Notes: generated from the sequence alone by a model not told the origin. A stretch of 64,000 bases of DNA from Lobosporangium transversale (GCF_002105155.1 NW_019029003.1:124001-188000); one strand, 5' to 3'; positions 36,638 to 50,437 are shown, counted from the first letter of the stretch. A program made the numbers and translations.

Positions 36638-38489
36638 ATGGCATCTCAACAACAACGACCTCCTTCTCCCTCTCCATCTCTCCCTACCTCCACATCTCCC
36701 ATACTCCCATCTAAACCTCAGCCCCTCAATATCCAGAATAACAACCTAATGCCCTCTCAATCCTCGCCCAGGCGAGGCTCTATTGCTGCCCATCTCATGA
36801 ACTTTGCTGTTCGCTCAACAACCTCTCTTCATCTCCTCTCCAGCTCTGCTCCTGCTCATAGCTCTCTCTCGGACGAGTCTCGGCTGCAGCTCGCGCCTTC
36901 ACGAGGGTTCTCCAACCCCTTCAAAAAGTTACAAAGCACATTCCACAGCACCAAAAAGAATCCAGATCCAATCAAGTCCGAAAGAATCATCTCTTCATCC
37001 TCCTCCGTCAATTCCTTGGTCTCTTGGCGATCCAGAGGTGCAGAGATGCTTTCCAAAAAGGCATGGGGCCGTGCCCGTAAAAGTATGTTTTTTTTTTTTT
37101 TCTTTATTTCTATTTTCATTTCTCTTGTTTGAATTCTTGAATGTGTCTTTGTATATATGTTTGGTGTTTGTTTTTTTTTAAATGTAAAGTGTTTCGCTAC
37201 TTTAATTCGCATTAATCAGGCACAAATCAAATCAAATCAAATCAAATCAAATCGAATTATATGCTCCAGCTCTAATTCACTCCAACCCAACCCAACCCAT
37301 CCCCATCAAAAAAAAAAAAGCTGGTTACCCAATCCGGTCTTTCTTTCTCTCTTTTTGTTTTAATCTTATATTATATTTGTATACTATTATTGCTGTTTAT
37401 TTGTTTAAATAACTGTTATTTACTTTCAGTTATATAATGCTTTGTTCCTGGTGCGGGTAACTTTTTTTAATATTTCTATATATTTAATGTCTCTATCTAT
37501 TGTCTGTGTGTATTGTGTTTGTCTCGTCTGATTTTGTGTCTGTGTGTCTGTGTGCTGATGTTTAAAACTCATTGGGAACAAGTCGCATCTTTACCAAACA
37601 CAAGAGCGAAAAGGGTTAATTGCCTTGATTGTTTGATTGTATCTTGTAGATATCAGTCGAATGGGCCATATTAGCAATCAACCATTGTCTTCTCCTTTTC
37701 CTCTTCCTCTTTACTCTCTCTCCGCCTTTTTATATTTATATTTTATATCTTATATCTTATATTTTACTTCCTGACTTTTTTCTCACGAGGAATGTCTTTT
37801 TTCGTCCTCCTGTCTCCTATCCCTCTGTTTATTCCAACCTACTTATGCCTGTCTGCTTCCGTTCTTTGTTCCTGCTTTGCTTTGCATAATTCGCTCTAGA
37901 TTCTGAACCGACTTTTGGAGCAAAGGGTCTTCCCACAACTCCAGTCTTCGGCGCCAGCCTCGAGGATGCAGTTCGCATGTCCCACATCCCGTCCACTCCA
38001 ATGGTCCCTGCAGTACTTTACCGCTGTGTAGAATATCTCGAAGCCAAAGGTATCGATGAAGTAGGACTCTATCGGTAAGTTTTTAACACGAACCCTCCAT
38101 TGGCTCATTACTTTTTTTTTTTTTTTTTTTTCCTTTTTCCTTTTTCCTGTGCTACCACGCGCGCTATGTTTATTTAGTTTACAAACAAAATTAGAAAACC
38201 ATTGGGAAGACAGATAACAATCTAACTTGCATTTTTTTTTTTTTTTTTTTTTTTTTTTTGGCATAAACTTTCATAGTGTTCCAGGAAGTCATGCAAGCGT
38301 ACAAAAATTGAAAAAGATGTTTGACTCTGGCAAAGACCACAAACTTTTGACCATGGATGGAATTGATCCCAACGACATCGCCACACTCTTGAAGCTATAC
38401 TTGCGTGAACGTATGTCCTATGGAACTACATCCCACTTGCCTTCACTGTCTTTTTTGATATATCTTTATGGAAAACAACTGCATGCTTG

Positions 38490-38547
<58 letters not shown>

Positions 38548-39935
38548 TCCTTCCTTCATTCCCTTTGACTAACATCAGAATCATTACGGTTTTCTTCTTC
38601 TTCTTCTTCTTCTTCTCTACACTAGTGCCTTCGCCTCTCTTTCCTGCTGTGTTCTTGGAGCAATTTCAGTCTGTAATTTCCACCGATCGTCAAGTGTGTC
38701 ACAGTCTCCGCGGGATTCTCGTCAGACTCCCCCGGACGAATTATGTTGTCTTGTCATTCTTGTGCCACCACCTCTCGAAAATCGCAGCATACTCTGAAAA
38801 AACAAAAATGAATGTTTCAAACTTGGCTGTTGTCTTTGCACCCACGCTGTCAATCGGTAGTGTCCTCTTCAGAGCTTTGCTGGGCGGATACTATGATACC
38901 CCAGACTCCTTTGAGAATCGTGAACAGGGCCTCAAAATCGTCTGGGGTGGTCTCTCGCAGGATTTCGATTATACACAGGACGAATGGGAGGAAGGACCCT
39001 TGAATCGTCTTTCGAGGGCACCTCTTGGCAGTCTCCCCTATCAATCCTCACCCCAGCTACCACTCACCCCAGCTCAGGAACTCGTCCATGCCACTACATT
39101 GGCCAAAGCTGAAGCTGTACTTCCTCCTGCACCACTTGCGCCTGCAGCCATCTCAGTCACACCCATTGCTCCAACTGTACCAGTTGTATCAACCACACCA
39201 GCCACACCAGCCACACCTGATGCCCCAACACAAGTACTCTCTCCTGTCCGGCTTTATGCCTCTGAGGATGCTCTGATTGAGCAGCCTTTGCCATCAACAA
39301 CAGAGGTCCCTGCACAAACACAAATCGCTCAAACGAAACCATGCACTGCTGAGGATGAGGAGAATCAACTCATGGCAGCAATGCTCCTTCGTGAGGAATT
39401 GGCAGCCAAAAACCGCAAGGATGATGACGATGACGAATCAACATCAGATGCCGCGAGCTCAACAAGCTCTATCCCCTGCACAGACACAACTGCTCTCTCT
39501 GCAGTTTCATCTCCAGGATTGAATGCCAAAGAGCAGGTCTCTGAAGCATCGTTTGCCTCGCCATCCATGGCCTTTTCGCCTATCATGGCAACCTCAATCC
39601 CTGGAAAACATCATGTCCCATCATCCATGTCCGCACCGTCCTCGGCTATACCCCTAATTGGTCACACCACATCCTCCCTGTCAATGCAGTTAGCAACCAC
39701 AACCACAGCCACAGCCACGTCTTCATACCCCGCACCATCTACTGTCAATGTCACAATCGATTCTGAATCATTGGACCCTATGGCCGGTGCAGCACCAGCA
39801 TCTGAGGCCACCTCTTCTGGACTGTTCACAGCAGGTGATAAAGAAGAACTGAGCATCGATTCAGACATTCCACTTGCCACTGTATCGGTCACACCACAAC
39901 TCCCACCTCTTGAAGGCCTGATGATTGCGTTGTAA
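36638..39935 (+). CDS. Rho GTPase-activating protein (RhoGAP domain; 4 exons, ~687 aa)
   Basis: Exons 36638-37082, 37900-38074, 38277-38410 and 38626-39935 splice to VFGASLED...VPAVLYRCVEYL...EVGLYRVPGS (arginine finger), IATLLKLYLRELPSPLF and KMNVSNLAVVFAPTL. Confidence 0.95.
38491..38547. repeat. (ATT)19 microsatellite in RhoGAP intron 3
   Basis: Perfect trinucleotide run. Confidence 0.95.
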
Positions 39936-40967
39936 CATTATAAATAACCAAGTTCTTGTAGTTTAATGAATAAACATATATAGAGATATATATATTATTA
40001 TTTATTATTTATTTATTTTTTCCTTTTAAATGTCTTACCAACCAATTAATTTACTTGGTGGTAGTGAAAGTCTACAATTTGGTGGCGCGAATGCTCACAT
40101 GTCCCTAATAGCAATATGTCGATTTTATTATTATTATTATTACTACTATGAAGGTAAATTTCACCTTCATGTTTTAAGGCTAAACTCGATCATTTACATC
40201 GTTGTCAAGGTCTAAGAATGAAAGAAGGCCCTCTGTTGATTACACCAGATAGCATAGTTCCAATTCAAGGTTGAATTCCTGGCTCTCTCTTTTGGGCCAT
40301 AATACATGTACTGATATTTCCTGTACAGAATTTGCCGAAATTGTCTCACCGACAGGGGGAGGGATGGCTTTGACAAGATGAGAATGGTCAAAGCGTGTGG
40401 CGTGTGTTCTTTTTCCTGTATTCTCGATTATCCGCAACAAGAGAGTCTAATTTTGCTCTCACGCCCCGCTTCGTGTTTCAACTTTTATAAAATAGGCAAG
40501 TTCATATCCTTGATGATCGTAAGAGTCATTTGGCCTGAGAACATTATATAGCCCAAGAATGAATGATAGTTATGAGGGACAATTATGCAGGTAGAATTGA
40601 GAGAATAGCAAATGCTGAGACTTGGACCTTGGAGCAACCTTATCACAAGACTTGCTATTACATTTGCACAGTGCTTTGTCAAACATGTTACAGTGCAAGA
40701 TCTTTTTGTTTGTCAAGTGGATCATCTCATTCATGCAAGGCAGGGAGGAGACTCCTTCTCTTTCTCGTTGTTTCTTTCTTGCCTTTGTTTGTCCACGAAA
40801 GGTTGAAGAGACGAAACCATTTTTTCCTCGTCTCTCAAATCTCTTTTTTTATTTTTTTATTTTTTTATTTATTTATTTTTTCCCTTACTCTTGCCATCTT
40901 GCCATCTTGCCACCGGTTCGAATAATACTACAATTGTAATAAAGACATAATCCCTCTTTTGATCACT

Positions 40968-41198
40968 ATGAGTAAATATCAGAAAATTCGTCTTGTCAGT
41001 TCGGATTTATTGGCAACGCCACTGTCAGCAGTCAAAAAAATTGAAGCGCGGTATGACTCTAAAACAAAAGAGTACATCATCCTCTGGAACGATGTTGTAT
41101 CCGCTTTCAACGATCCAATACGTATCGAGAACGAGGGAACAATCTTGTCCTTTCTTGTAGATGAAAACTTTGAATAGTAATATATTATGGCCATCAAT

Positions 41199-41233
<35 letters not shown>

Positions 41234-41406
41234 AGGTATTGGATAATATTGAGTTCTAAAAAAATTCTTTAAAAAAAATATGTATTTCTATAAACGATAG
41301 TATCAAGCCGCTCAGAATTCATACAAAGCTTGATGTCGTGCTGGATGTTATAGTTTCCTCCCCAAGCAGGCGATCTACTCAGCAGGTGTGCTTTCAAAAT
41401 CTCTAA
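40968..41406 (+). CDS. Small protein made only of a Mortierella-type ubiquitin-like N-terminal domain (2 exons, 104 aa; could be a truncated gene)
   Basis: Exons 40968-41176 and 41301-41406 give MSKYQKIRL...IEARYDSKTKEYIILWNDVVSAF...ILSFLVDENFEYIKPLRIHTKLDVVLDVIV. The IILWxD...FLxDxxFExxxPLRI...VVLDV pattern is restored across the intron. Confidence 0.7.
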
Positions 41407-41689
41407 AATATCCTTTGGAAGATGGAAGTGTAACATGCACATGTAAAAAAAAAAAAAAAAAAAAGATTAGTGTATTTTGAAGTTGCCAATATCGATAAAT
41501 GAAAGGGGGCAAAGCAAAGACTTACCATGATTTTTGTGCTACTCTTACTTTTTGGTGGCGGTGTGACTGCTTATCTGTTTTTTGTGTTTGTGCAGTCTTT
41601 TTTTTTTTTTTTTAATTTTTTTATTAAGCTTTCTGCTGGTCATTCCATTACCTGGCTAACTCTTCCTATACACATCACAGTCAGTCATC

Positions 41690-42037
41690 ATGCCCTCCAC
41701 AAAAAAGAAGAGTCCTTCTGCATCTGCCTCAAGGAATGCCATTGGGAAATCAAAAGCCAGTCCATATAATAAGAATGTAAGGACAACAACAACAACTACA
41801 GCAACAACAACAACAACAACTTCTGGCAACAATCAAAAGAAATTGCCCATCTCCTTGAATAAGCCAAGTAACCAAGCAAGGAATAAACACCACAACACCA
41901 ACCTAACATCGGAGCTAGATGCACTGCTTGATGACCTCAATACTCAACTGCAGCGGAAAAAAACAAAACGTGATACTAGACTTGAGGTAAAAAAAAAAAA
42001 AAAAAAAAAATGTTGAATAACATGTGTAAATGGATTT

Positions 42038-42072
<35 letters not shown>

Positions 42073-42242
42073 TGAAAATAACTGACATTGTCCTAATGTT
42101 AATTGTGATGCATTTTTAGGATATCAATTCTTCTGGAATCTCAGAATCTGAAAAAAGGCTCAATGAGGCCCAGGAAAAGCATGAGTCTTTACAACAAGAT
42201 ATGATGAGTGCTCTTGATGGCATTTCGGCCCTTGGAAAGTAA
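41690..42242 (+). CDS. Small basic hypothetical protein (2 exons, 139 aa)
   Basis: Exons 41690-41986 and 42120-42242 are in frame. It has a Lys-rich N-terminus and the amphipathic helices LDALLDDLNTQL and DMMSALDGISAL. Confidence 0.75.
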
Positions 42243-43723
42243 AAAAAAAAAAAAAATAAAAAAATAAAAAAAAAATTAGTCATTGTACAATAAAATAGAT
42301 CATTCTTTCATGTTCATATAGTTTCTCAGTACAAGGATGACCATTTACTCCACATAATTATCCACAAGTACAGCCTCTTTCTCAGTGCAACCTTTTTTTT
42401 TAAAAAAAAAAAAAAAAAAAAAAAGTGTAAACTTACTGCAACCAACCTTTTAATGGAGACTATGGCGCAGAAACCAATTTCCTCTATCCATCTCACTCAC
42501 AAATCGGGGTAGATTGGCAAACGAGGTTAGAATGATATAATAAAAATTCGTCTAGCGGATACTGGATATTGAGCGACTTCATTTTGTCCAGTTCATTTCA
42601 AACGATCTTTATCGAGGATCGATCCCCAGCATAAGGGTCGCTTATTTCTTACTCGAGAAGGCAATGATCCTGAAAAAGTAAGTCGGGATGAAACAATTGA
42701 CAAATCGAACAACGACTTTCCCCGAAGACCAAGCCATGGATCACAAACACAGGAAGCATTTTTCTCCTCTATTATACGGTTTATGATGTGAACCGCATAG
42801 ATAATGATGCTAATGCACAAGACTTACCGGGATAACTCGTTCAAAAACCAGAAAGTGATCAAAAAGTCTGGCTGAGATAGGCTATTTAGGTATAGTGGAT
42901 GAGTTGATGAAGGCCAAGTGGCCGAATTTGCCCGTTATATGGTCCAAAGGACAATAATCACGGTCAGTGTCAATCCTTCTGCTGATGCGTTGAGATATAG
43001 TAAATAATGGGACTGTTTTGATGCAGAAGAAGGGAGAAGAGAAAAAGGATTTTCACTTTGATGAAATCTCAGGAAATACTATATCCTACACTTTCATCGT
43101 CCTGTATTGTACGCTCCAATGCCACAATCAATGGCACAGTGCTGTGGACAGAAAGTGCTGTGCGTATAGGCTCGTCACCAGCCTGAGAGAGAGAAGTGTC
43201 TGCAAGAGCAAACCACATTTGCCTTTCAGCACGTGCATGTACACACGAACTTCGTTCTCAGGCTGGTGACGAGCCTACTATGCACACAGAAAATCCTCAG
43301 TTGATAAACCTTATGTTTTATATAAAAGAACCAATATTTAACATTAAAGTTACCGTGAGAAAGTAATAGGATATAGAACTTTGTCTACACATTCAAGACG
43401 CGTTCATGCATATTCCATATGTACAAATACTGATGAACAAATTTAGTGGCAGTTTTCTTATTCTTTTTTATGCAGCTATCCTTGCTCGCTCATTATATAC
43501 ATCATTCGTATGACTGGCAAAGTCTCAGTGGAGTTTAGTCAAGCGTGATGAACTTAGACATCTTGAATAGGGAAGGGTGCATTGACCACCAACATTTTGA
43601 TCTTTCTTTCTTTTTTTTTTTTTCTTTTTTCTTTTTTCTTTCTTTCTTTGTTTTTTTTTTTTTTTTTTTTTTTTTGTCAACTTCTATCTCACTTTCATCT
43701 CTCTGAAGAGAACATTTGTCACA

Positions 43724-45508
43724 ATGAAATCTTACTTTAAAAAACAGAGCACACCAAGATGGCAACAGATGGCGCTACTGTTTTCCTTGGGGTTTGCCTT
43801 GATGATATTCCTTATTGGTAACTTGAATGTGGTAGAATCATCACCAGCGATGCAAGATATCTTCCACGTTGGTTATCCAAGCGAGCAGCAGAAACAGCCA
43901 TCATTTAGCCCAAACCCCAATACTAAGACAGCATCCACCATTTTGGATATCCTCGGGGAACGACCTGAATTTTCAAAGCTTCTTGAACTGGTGCGAAAGT
44001 ATGAGGATTTGAAGGATATTCTAGCCGATACTGGTACTCTGGTAAGTTCTAGAACGTTTTCATTTTATACTTTATTGTATTCCCACTACGCGCATCTTTT
44101 CTTTCTAGGATTGTCTGAACAACAATACAAATGAGCTCATCCTTTATTTATATCATGTAATATACAATACTGAAAAAAAAGACCACATTGTTCGCACCCA
44201 CAAACGAAGCCTTTGATTCTGTATCAGATATCGACTATCCCACCCATGATGTGCTGATGTACCATATTGCAGATCAGGTTTACAATTCATCCAGCTTACG
44301 GAAGGAGCCGGTCATCAAGTCACTCTTTCAGACTAAGGGCCTCGAAAACTCCCCTCAGTACCTGCGTGTTTCCCAAAAGCACCCCAGTATTCCTTCGGTC
44401 GATCCCAGACGCACTTATTGGAGGCATAGGCCCGTCTGGATCACTGCTTCTTCAGGCAGTGATCAAGGGGTCAATGTTGATGAGGGCGTAAAGACTGTTT
44501 ATAAAGGGCTTGGCGGCGACAGATCATCTATCTACATTAATCGTGCAAAGGTCACCATCCCTGATTTGTTGGCTCAATCGGGTGGCATCGTTCATGGAGT
44601 CAATAAAATCATTCTCCCGCCTGGTGAGACCATCTTGGACGAAATTGAGAGGCAAGGGGAGCACTTCAAGTATCTTGTCAAAGCTTGGTCTGAGACCGGC
44701 GTAGATGCCCATATCCGAGATGGAAAGGGCATAACGCTCTTTGCAGCCCACGATAAGGCATGGGATGGTAATAGAGAACCTACATTTCCATATTCTAAAC
44801 GGCCCATTTAATATGTATAAAGTAGATTGTTGACTAGTACTAATTCTGAGAGTCAATCTTTTCTTATTAGCCTTGCCAAAGGATTTGCTCGAGTGGCTGT
44901 TTTCAAACATGGGTCGTGAGCACCTGAAGATCGTCACCATGTATCAATTCGGAAATAGGCCTGTTTACACGCCCGAGATCTTTAACACCTCACAGGGAGA
45001 TGGTTATCACGAGGTCGTCCTCCCTACGCTTCTTCACTCCGCAAAGTACGAGCTTCGTATCCTTGCTAAGGCTAGAAGAAGCAGCCCTATCAGTGCTCCC
45101 ATAACCAGCCAACCAGAATATGAGGGCCCCGAGAATTGGCTAGGATTCAGGGGAAGGAGATCAAGTAAAAAATATGCGTGCCACCATCACCATCGTCGTC
45201 ATCATAAAAAGAGCCGAAAGGGCCGACCAAAGCACCGGAACCCGACCCCGCACCGCGATGAGATTATTGTCAACAAGGAGGCACATGTCCTTTATGGGCT
45301 AGAGAACTGGATCGCGGGAAATGGCGTGATCCATGTGGTGGACAAGGTGCTGATGCCTCCCCGGAGTGAGGGCTGTGAAAAAATGAGTGCTATTGAATGT
45401 TCTGCGTGGGAATTTATGTGGGACCTTGCCCAAGTTGGTTCAGGTACTATGATGGACGAGGCGCTAGTCAGGCAGGAAGACTTGGTCCTGGTTGATGAAG
45501 ACAAGTAA
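43724..45508 (+). CDS. Secreted or membrane-associated fasciclin (FAS1) domain protein (3 exons, ~513 aa)
   Basis: Exons 43724-44041, 44182-44767 and 44871-45508. It has an N-terminal hydrophobic segment and the FAS1 motifs TLFAPTNEAF, VLMYHI, GIVHGVNKII, ITLFAAHDKAW and NGVIHVVDKVL. Confidence 0.92.
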
Positions 45509-45602
45509 GGTTACATAAAGAAGGAGAAGAAGAGGAAGGAAGATGAAGAAGAACAGGAAAGGAGGATTGATATAATGATTGACGCGACAGAATCAAAAAA
45601 AA

Positions 45603-45639
<37 letters not shown>

Positions 45640-46027
45640 AAGTATCAAGTCTATGACATTGACAAAAGGTTTATCTGGGAAAAAAAAAAAAAAAAAAAAA
45701 AAAAAAAGACGCGGCGCGAAAAATTCGAACAGCTTGAACGCTCAATGCTCGATAATGAGTAGGCTCTGCTAGTCTGTTAGTTGACCAGCAAATAAATTAT
45801 GTACATGCAAACTCCCGTCCTTTCTCTGTTTCCCCTTTCAAGTTAAATTTATCGACTAAACCTAGCCAATCACCATGTCCCACCGCACTTGAGGGCAAAC
45901 AAGGGCCTCACAGACGCATAACTTCATGTAGCAATCCATGTTCACCACACCAATTCTAATCTCTTTTCTTTTCTTTTTCATTTATTCAAACTACCCTTTC
46001 CTTTGATCTGAATACGAATCACTCACA

Positions 46028-47581
46028 ATGACAGAGAAATATGTGCCTCCGCCTGAGGCAGTAGAACGAGGACTTTATGTCGCATATGCTGCACTCAGCA
46101 CCATGGCTGTTTTGCCAATTTATTTTGGGTCATTTGCATCTCTCAAGAAGTGGAAGGTACAATAACAGGCGTGTTTTAATCATCGTCAATGGATAAAACC
46201 AGACCAGCATGACAAAGGCCCATAGAAGAAACTTCAGTCAGATATGCTTTCCTACTCTTTATCCGCAATGGAGTTCATTTCATGTAAATACAAAGCCACT
46301 AACAATCGATCCGTTTCTGCTTCTATTAGAATCCTAACGCAAAGAAGAAAAAAACAGAGGATTCAGATGATTCGGATGACGAGGATGAGGCTACAGAGTC
46401 CATGTCGCTGGAAGATGCATACATGTTTCCTGTATTTGGATCGATTACGCTGTTTGGTCTGTATTTGGTCTTCAGGTACCTCGACAAGACCTATGTCAAT
46501 TATCTTCTCACAGCATACTTTGGATTGCTTGGTGTCATGGCCACCACCCAAGTGGGAGTCAACTGTATCGCACCCGTTGTCAAACTCGTTGGCATTGATG
46601 TTGACAAATGGCATTTGAGACTTACCAAAAAGAAGAAGGGTAAGTGTGGATTACTAGTTTGATAAACAAAAAAAAAAAGCCTTTTTTCTTTAATGTGAAT
46701 GCTCTCTCTATTATGGCTAGTGCCTAATTCTTGGGTCTATTTTTTTTTTATTTTTTTTTTTAGAACTGTACTCGGTCAAGTTTACTATTCTTCACTTGAT
46801 CATGATGGTTGCATCAGTTCTTTTGTCAGGATACTATGTGGTTACCAAGAATTGGATTGCCTCCAATGTTTTTGGTATCTGCTTTGCCTTGAACGCTATT
46901 CAATTGCTTTCGCTTGACTCCTTCAAGACAGGAATGATCCTGTTGAGCGGTCTGTTCGTTTATGATATCTTTTGGGTCTTTGGCACAGAAGTGATGGTGT
47001 CTGTGGCCAAGAACTTTGATGCGCCCGTGAAGGTGATCTTTCCTCGGTTATTCTTTGGTTTGCCTGTTGGGGAGCCTTATCAATTTGCGATGCTTGGACT
47101 GGGTGATATTGTGATCCCCGGTGTCTTTGTTGCATTATGTTTGCGATTTGATCAACACTTGACTGGTATCAAGAATCCTAATTTGGGACGATCGACTAGG
47201 TTCAGCAAGCCTTATTTTACAGCCTGCTTCATCGCCTATGCCATTGGTTTGGGCACAACGATTTATGTCATGCATACGTTCAAGGCTGCTCAACCTGCAC
47301 TCCTCTACCTCTCTCCGGCGTGTATTCTGAGCGTTTTAGTCATGGGATTGGCTCGCGGTGAGATCAAAGAGGTCTTTGCCTATACTTCAGAGGAGGATGA
47401 AAAAAAGGAGGATGAAAAAAAGGTCTCGAAGAAGATTGTTACCCAGGTTGAGGATGATGATGAGACCAAAGCGGAGTCTATTGCTGAAAAGACATCGTCC
47501 CCTAGTGGATCAGATCATGAAAGTGCAAGCACACCCAAGCTTCGTAAGCGCAAAGGTGGAAAGGCACAAAAGAAGAAGTAA
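46028..47581 (+). CDS. Signal peptide peptidase (GxGD intramembrane aspartyl protease, A22B family; 3 exons, ~418 aa)
   Basis: Exons 46028-46156, 46330-46639 and 46764-47581. Catalytic motifs are LFVYDIFWVF, MLGLGDIVIPG and AAQPALLYL, with a Lys-rich C-terminus. Confidence 0.96.
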
Positions 47582-49253
47582 AAAAAAAAAAAAAAAAAAA
47601 AAAAAGATACAATCCGTTGTTTTCTCCTCTTCAATAAATAATGGCTGCTCACCGTTATGATATTAAGCTTTGGTTGCATTGTAGTTGATAGTTGACGCGT
47701 CACGTTGGCAAAGACATTTGTTCCTTGGATATGCCTTGCATCCTGCAATATTTATCGTAATATGCGTGATGCACTCTTCAAAGATCTAATGATGATGATG
47801 GTACTTTGTGTGATTCCTATCAGAACCATGCTCTTTCCTTCCTCTTTGGTTCCAATATAAATACAGAGTCTTCTTTTTTTCTTTTCTTTCTTTTTTCTTT
47901 TCTCTTTTTCCTTTTTATTTCGTTAAAGCCATTTTGGTATTTTGACCATATCAGTTAGTGCTTCTTTTGAATACTTACACATAATGACTTGCATCTATGA
48001 CTTATAGCCTGCATACAAGACAAAGAGGCTACTGCTGACGCCGTTGAAAGAAGACTCTTTCACTCTCTCTCCTTTTTTCTTTTAAGTATGAAGAGAATAA
48101 TCCTCAGTTCAAGGTTTCAGTCGCTCACTATCTTCCAGATCCCTTTCTTTTTTCCTCTTTCTGGTCTCCCTGGTATTCTAAACCTATCGCATGGCGAGGA
48201 AGTTATTGGTTCTCAAGCTCTCAAAATATTTGAAGTGCTTGCTTTATTGTTCACTCCCCTTATTTCAATTAGCTTCATCTCTAGGAAGTTTGCATTCGCT
48301 GTTACATGTGGCTATCTTTTTTTTTTTTTTTTTTTTTTTTTTGCATGTGCTTTCTATCCGTCTGATGTAATGAGCCTATTTCACGACTCTGTCTCCTTAT
48401 AGTCTCCACTATAGCTTTTTTCATTCTCCGGCTCACCGCCATGTCGCTGCTTTTCTTTGTTTTTCCTTTAGGTTATCTTGCATTAGTGGGTAAGAGACAA
48501 CGACGACAACGAACACTTTCCTGCATGCATGCGGAAGTTCTTGTTATGAATTGTTCAGGATTTTCCTCTTGTTTATTTAGGAGAAGAGAAGAGATCTTCA
48601 ATTTCGTAATATGCAGACATGGTGTTACAAGTTCAAGGACACTATAAACATATCGTAGATTGATATTCACATTAAAACCTGAATGACAGCAATGGCCTTC
48701 CTTCCGACCACTATCTGGAGCAAGCCATCCGATAGCGGATCCATCTCACCACAGCATTCTTTCTTCTTCTTCTCTTTCATCTCCAGTATATACCTTCTTC
48801 AACAACAATGCTTATCGCAACCGGATCATGAAGAATATCTCACCGAAACGACTTTCTTTCTCCTCCCTAATGGCCGGTGAATTGCATTGGGACGGTTACT
48901 TTCATTTTTTCTTTTGTCTCCTCTTCCTTCATTTTTTTTTTTTACTCACCTCCCTTTTTTTTTTTTTTTTTTTTGCCTTGTCCTGTCATACAACTTTTTC
49001 CGAATCAATTTGAATAAAAAAAAAAAAAAAAAAAGCAATTCCTGCAAGCTAATTTCTATCTGTTTTGCTATATCAATTCAATATTTTTCTCCTTAGAAGA
49101 ACTCGTGTTCAGTTAGAGCATAAAGAGGTACTGGGCGACGACGACGACGGGAATGACGCTATTGAACTAACTTTTTGCCTCCTAACCTTCCCCCATCTCC
49201 TTTTCTCTCCCTTCTCTTTCCCCCTTTTTTTTTTTTTTTTTTTGTTTTACAAC

Positions 49254-49284
<31 letters not shown>

Positions 49285-50401
49285 GTTGTCATGAATCGTT
49301 TGTGCCTGAATCTTAAATGTGGACAACACAGTCAGTTTCAATCAATACAAAAAATTACATATCCATTTCACGAATAGTTCAAGAAGTATGTTTAAAAATA
49401 TTTGTGCATCATACCATTCTATGGGCACAGTAATGTAAACTCCGTCCGTAGTCGAGTAGAAACTAATCCAAAGTGGAATAAAACAGTGAAGAAATACAAG
49501 AAGGCTTTGACATGAATACAGGCATCAGTATAGAAACAATCTGTGCTATTTGAAGCTGTGCTTGTTTGGGAAGACGCACGTACAAAAATAAAAAAATAAA
49601 AAAAGAAAATTCAAAGCACGCCGATCAGTTGAAAGATCTACCGTGTCTAAACAGATGTATCCTCTTTTGAGAACAACTGAGCAGGCCACACTATGGGACT
49701 TGCTCTACCGAGTTAATCAGATTTGTCCTTAGTCTGTAATGGAAGATCATCCTTTATGTTCTATTGTATTACTCTTGTTTCGTAGATCAGGAAGAGCTCT
49801 ATACCAAAAGTAGTAAAATCAGAAGTATCGGCAGCAGTAGTACACATAGACTGGTTGGACAAAGCAACAATGTAACATCAGATTGGCATCATCTTGGACA
49901 CATCAATGCTGATGAACAAGAAATAGATGTCAGTACGATTTTAGTCCCTCAGTGCTATATCCTGCATTGCTTCCCGTCTGTCATCGACTCTTGAGTGACA
50001 AACCTCCCGTCTTTTTCTTTTTACCTGCCTATTCCATGTCTCAGATGAGAGAAAGAGAAAGAGAGTTTTTGTACTACTTACACTCTAGAGTCTTTTCTTT
50101 CCTTGACACACTGTTTTGGGTTTTGCGACTGAGAGAATATGCACAATGACCTCTCTTTTGTTGATGGTTTTAACTCTTCTGTTTAGGAAAAGGGAATGTG
50201 GCTACGATGTTTTCAAGCATTCCAATACATTTGTAAAAACCGATTATTTATCAAGACAACAGCCAAATAGAATTTAAGGGAGGGAAGAAAAAAAAAAAAA
50301 AAAAAAAAAAAAAGCGTGAAGCAGTTTAGACGTATATAATGATATTATTAAAACTAATAATAAAACCAAAAGTATCGCATCGTGAAGGACGTTCCTTTGC
50401 G

Positions 50402-50437
<36 letters not shown>

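Noticed and set aside
41408..41416. U12-type donor ATATCCTTT (also GTATCCTT at 50774)
   Set aside because: It lies outside the coding sequence with no correctly spaced TCCTTAAC branch site. All modelled introns are U2-type.
42430..43270. Moderately GC-rich intergenic block, possible gene or TE remnant
   Set aside because: No long frame, splice structure or domain motif that I can recognise.
47579..47605. Poly(A) right after the SPP stop codon as a sign of a retrocopy
   Set aside because: The gene keeps two introns, and A-runs are ubiquitous here.
48440..50150. Short ORFs between the SPP and MYB genes
   Set aside because: All frames are interrupted by stops or homopolymers, with no recognisable product.
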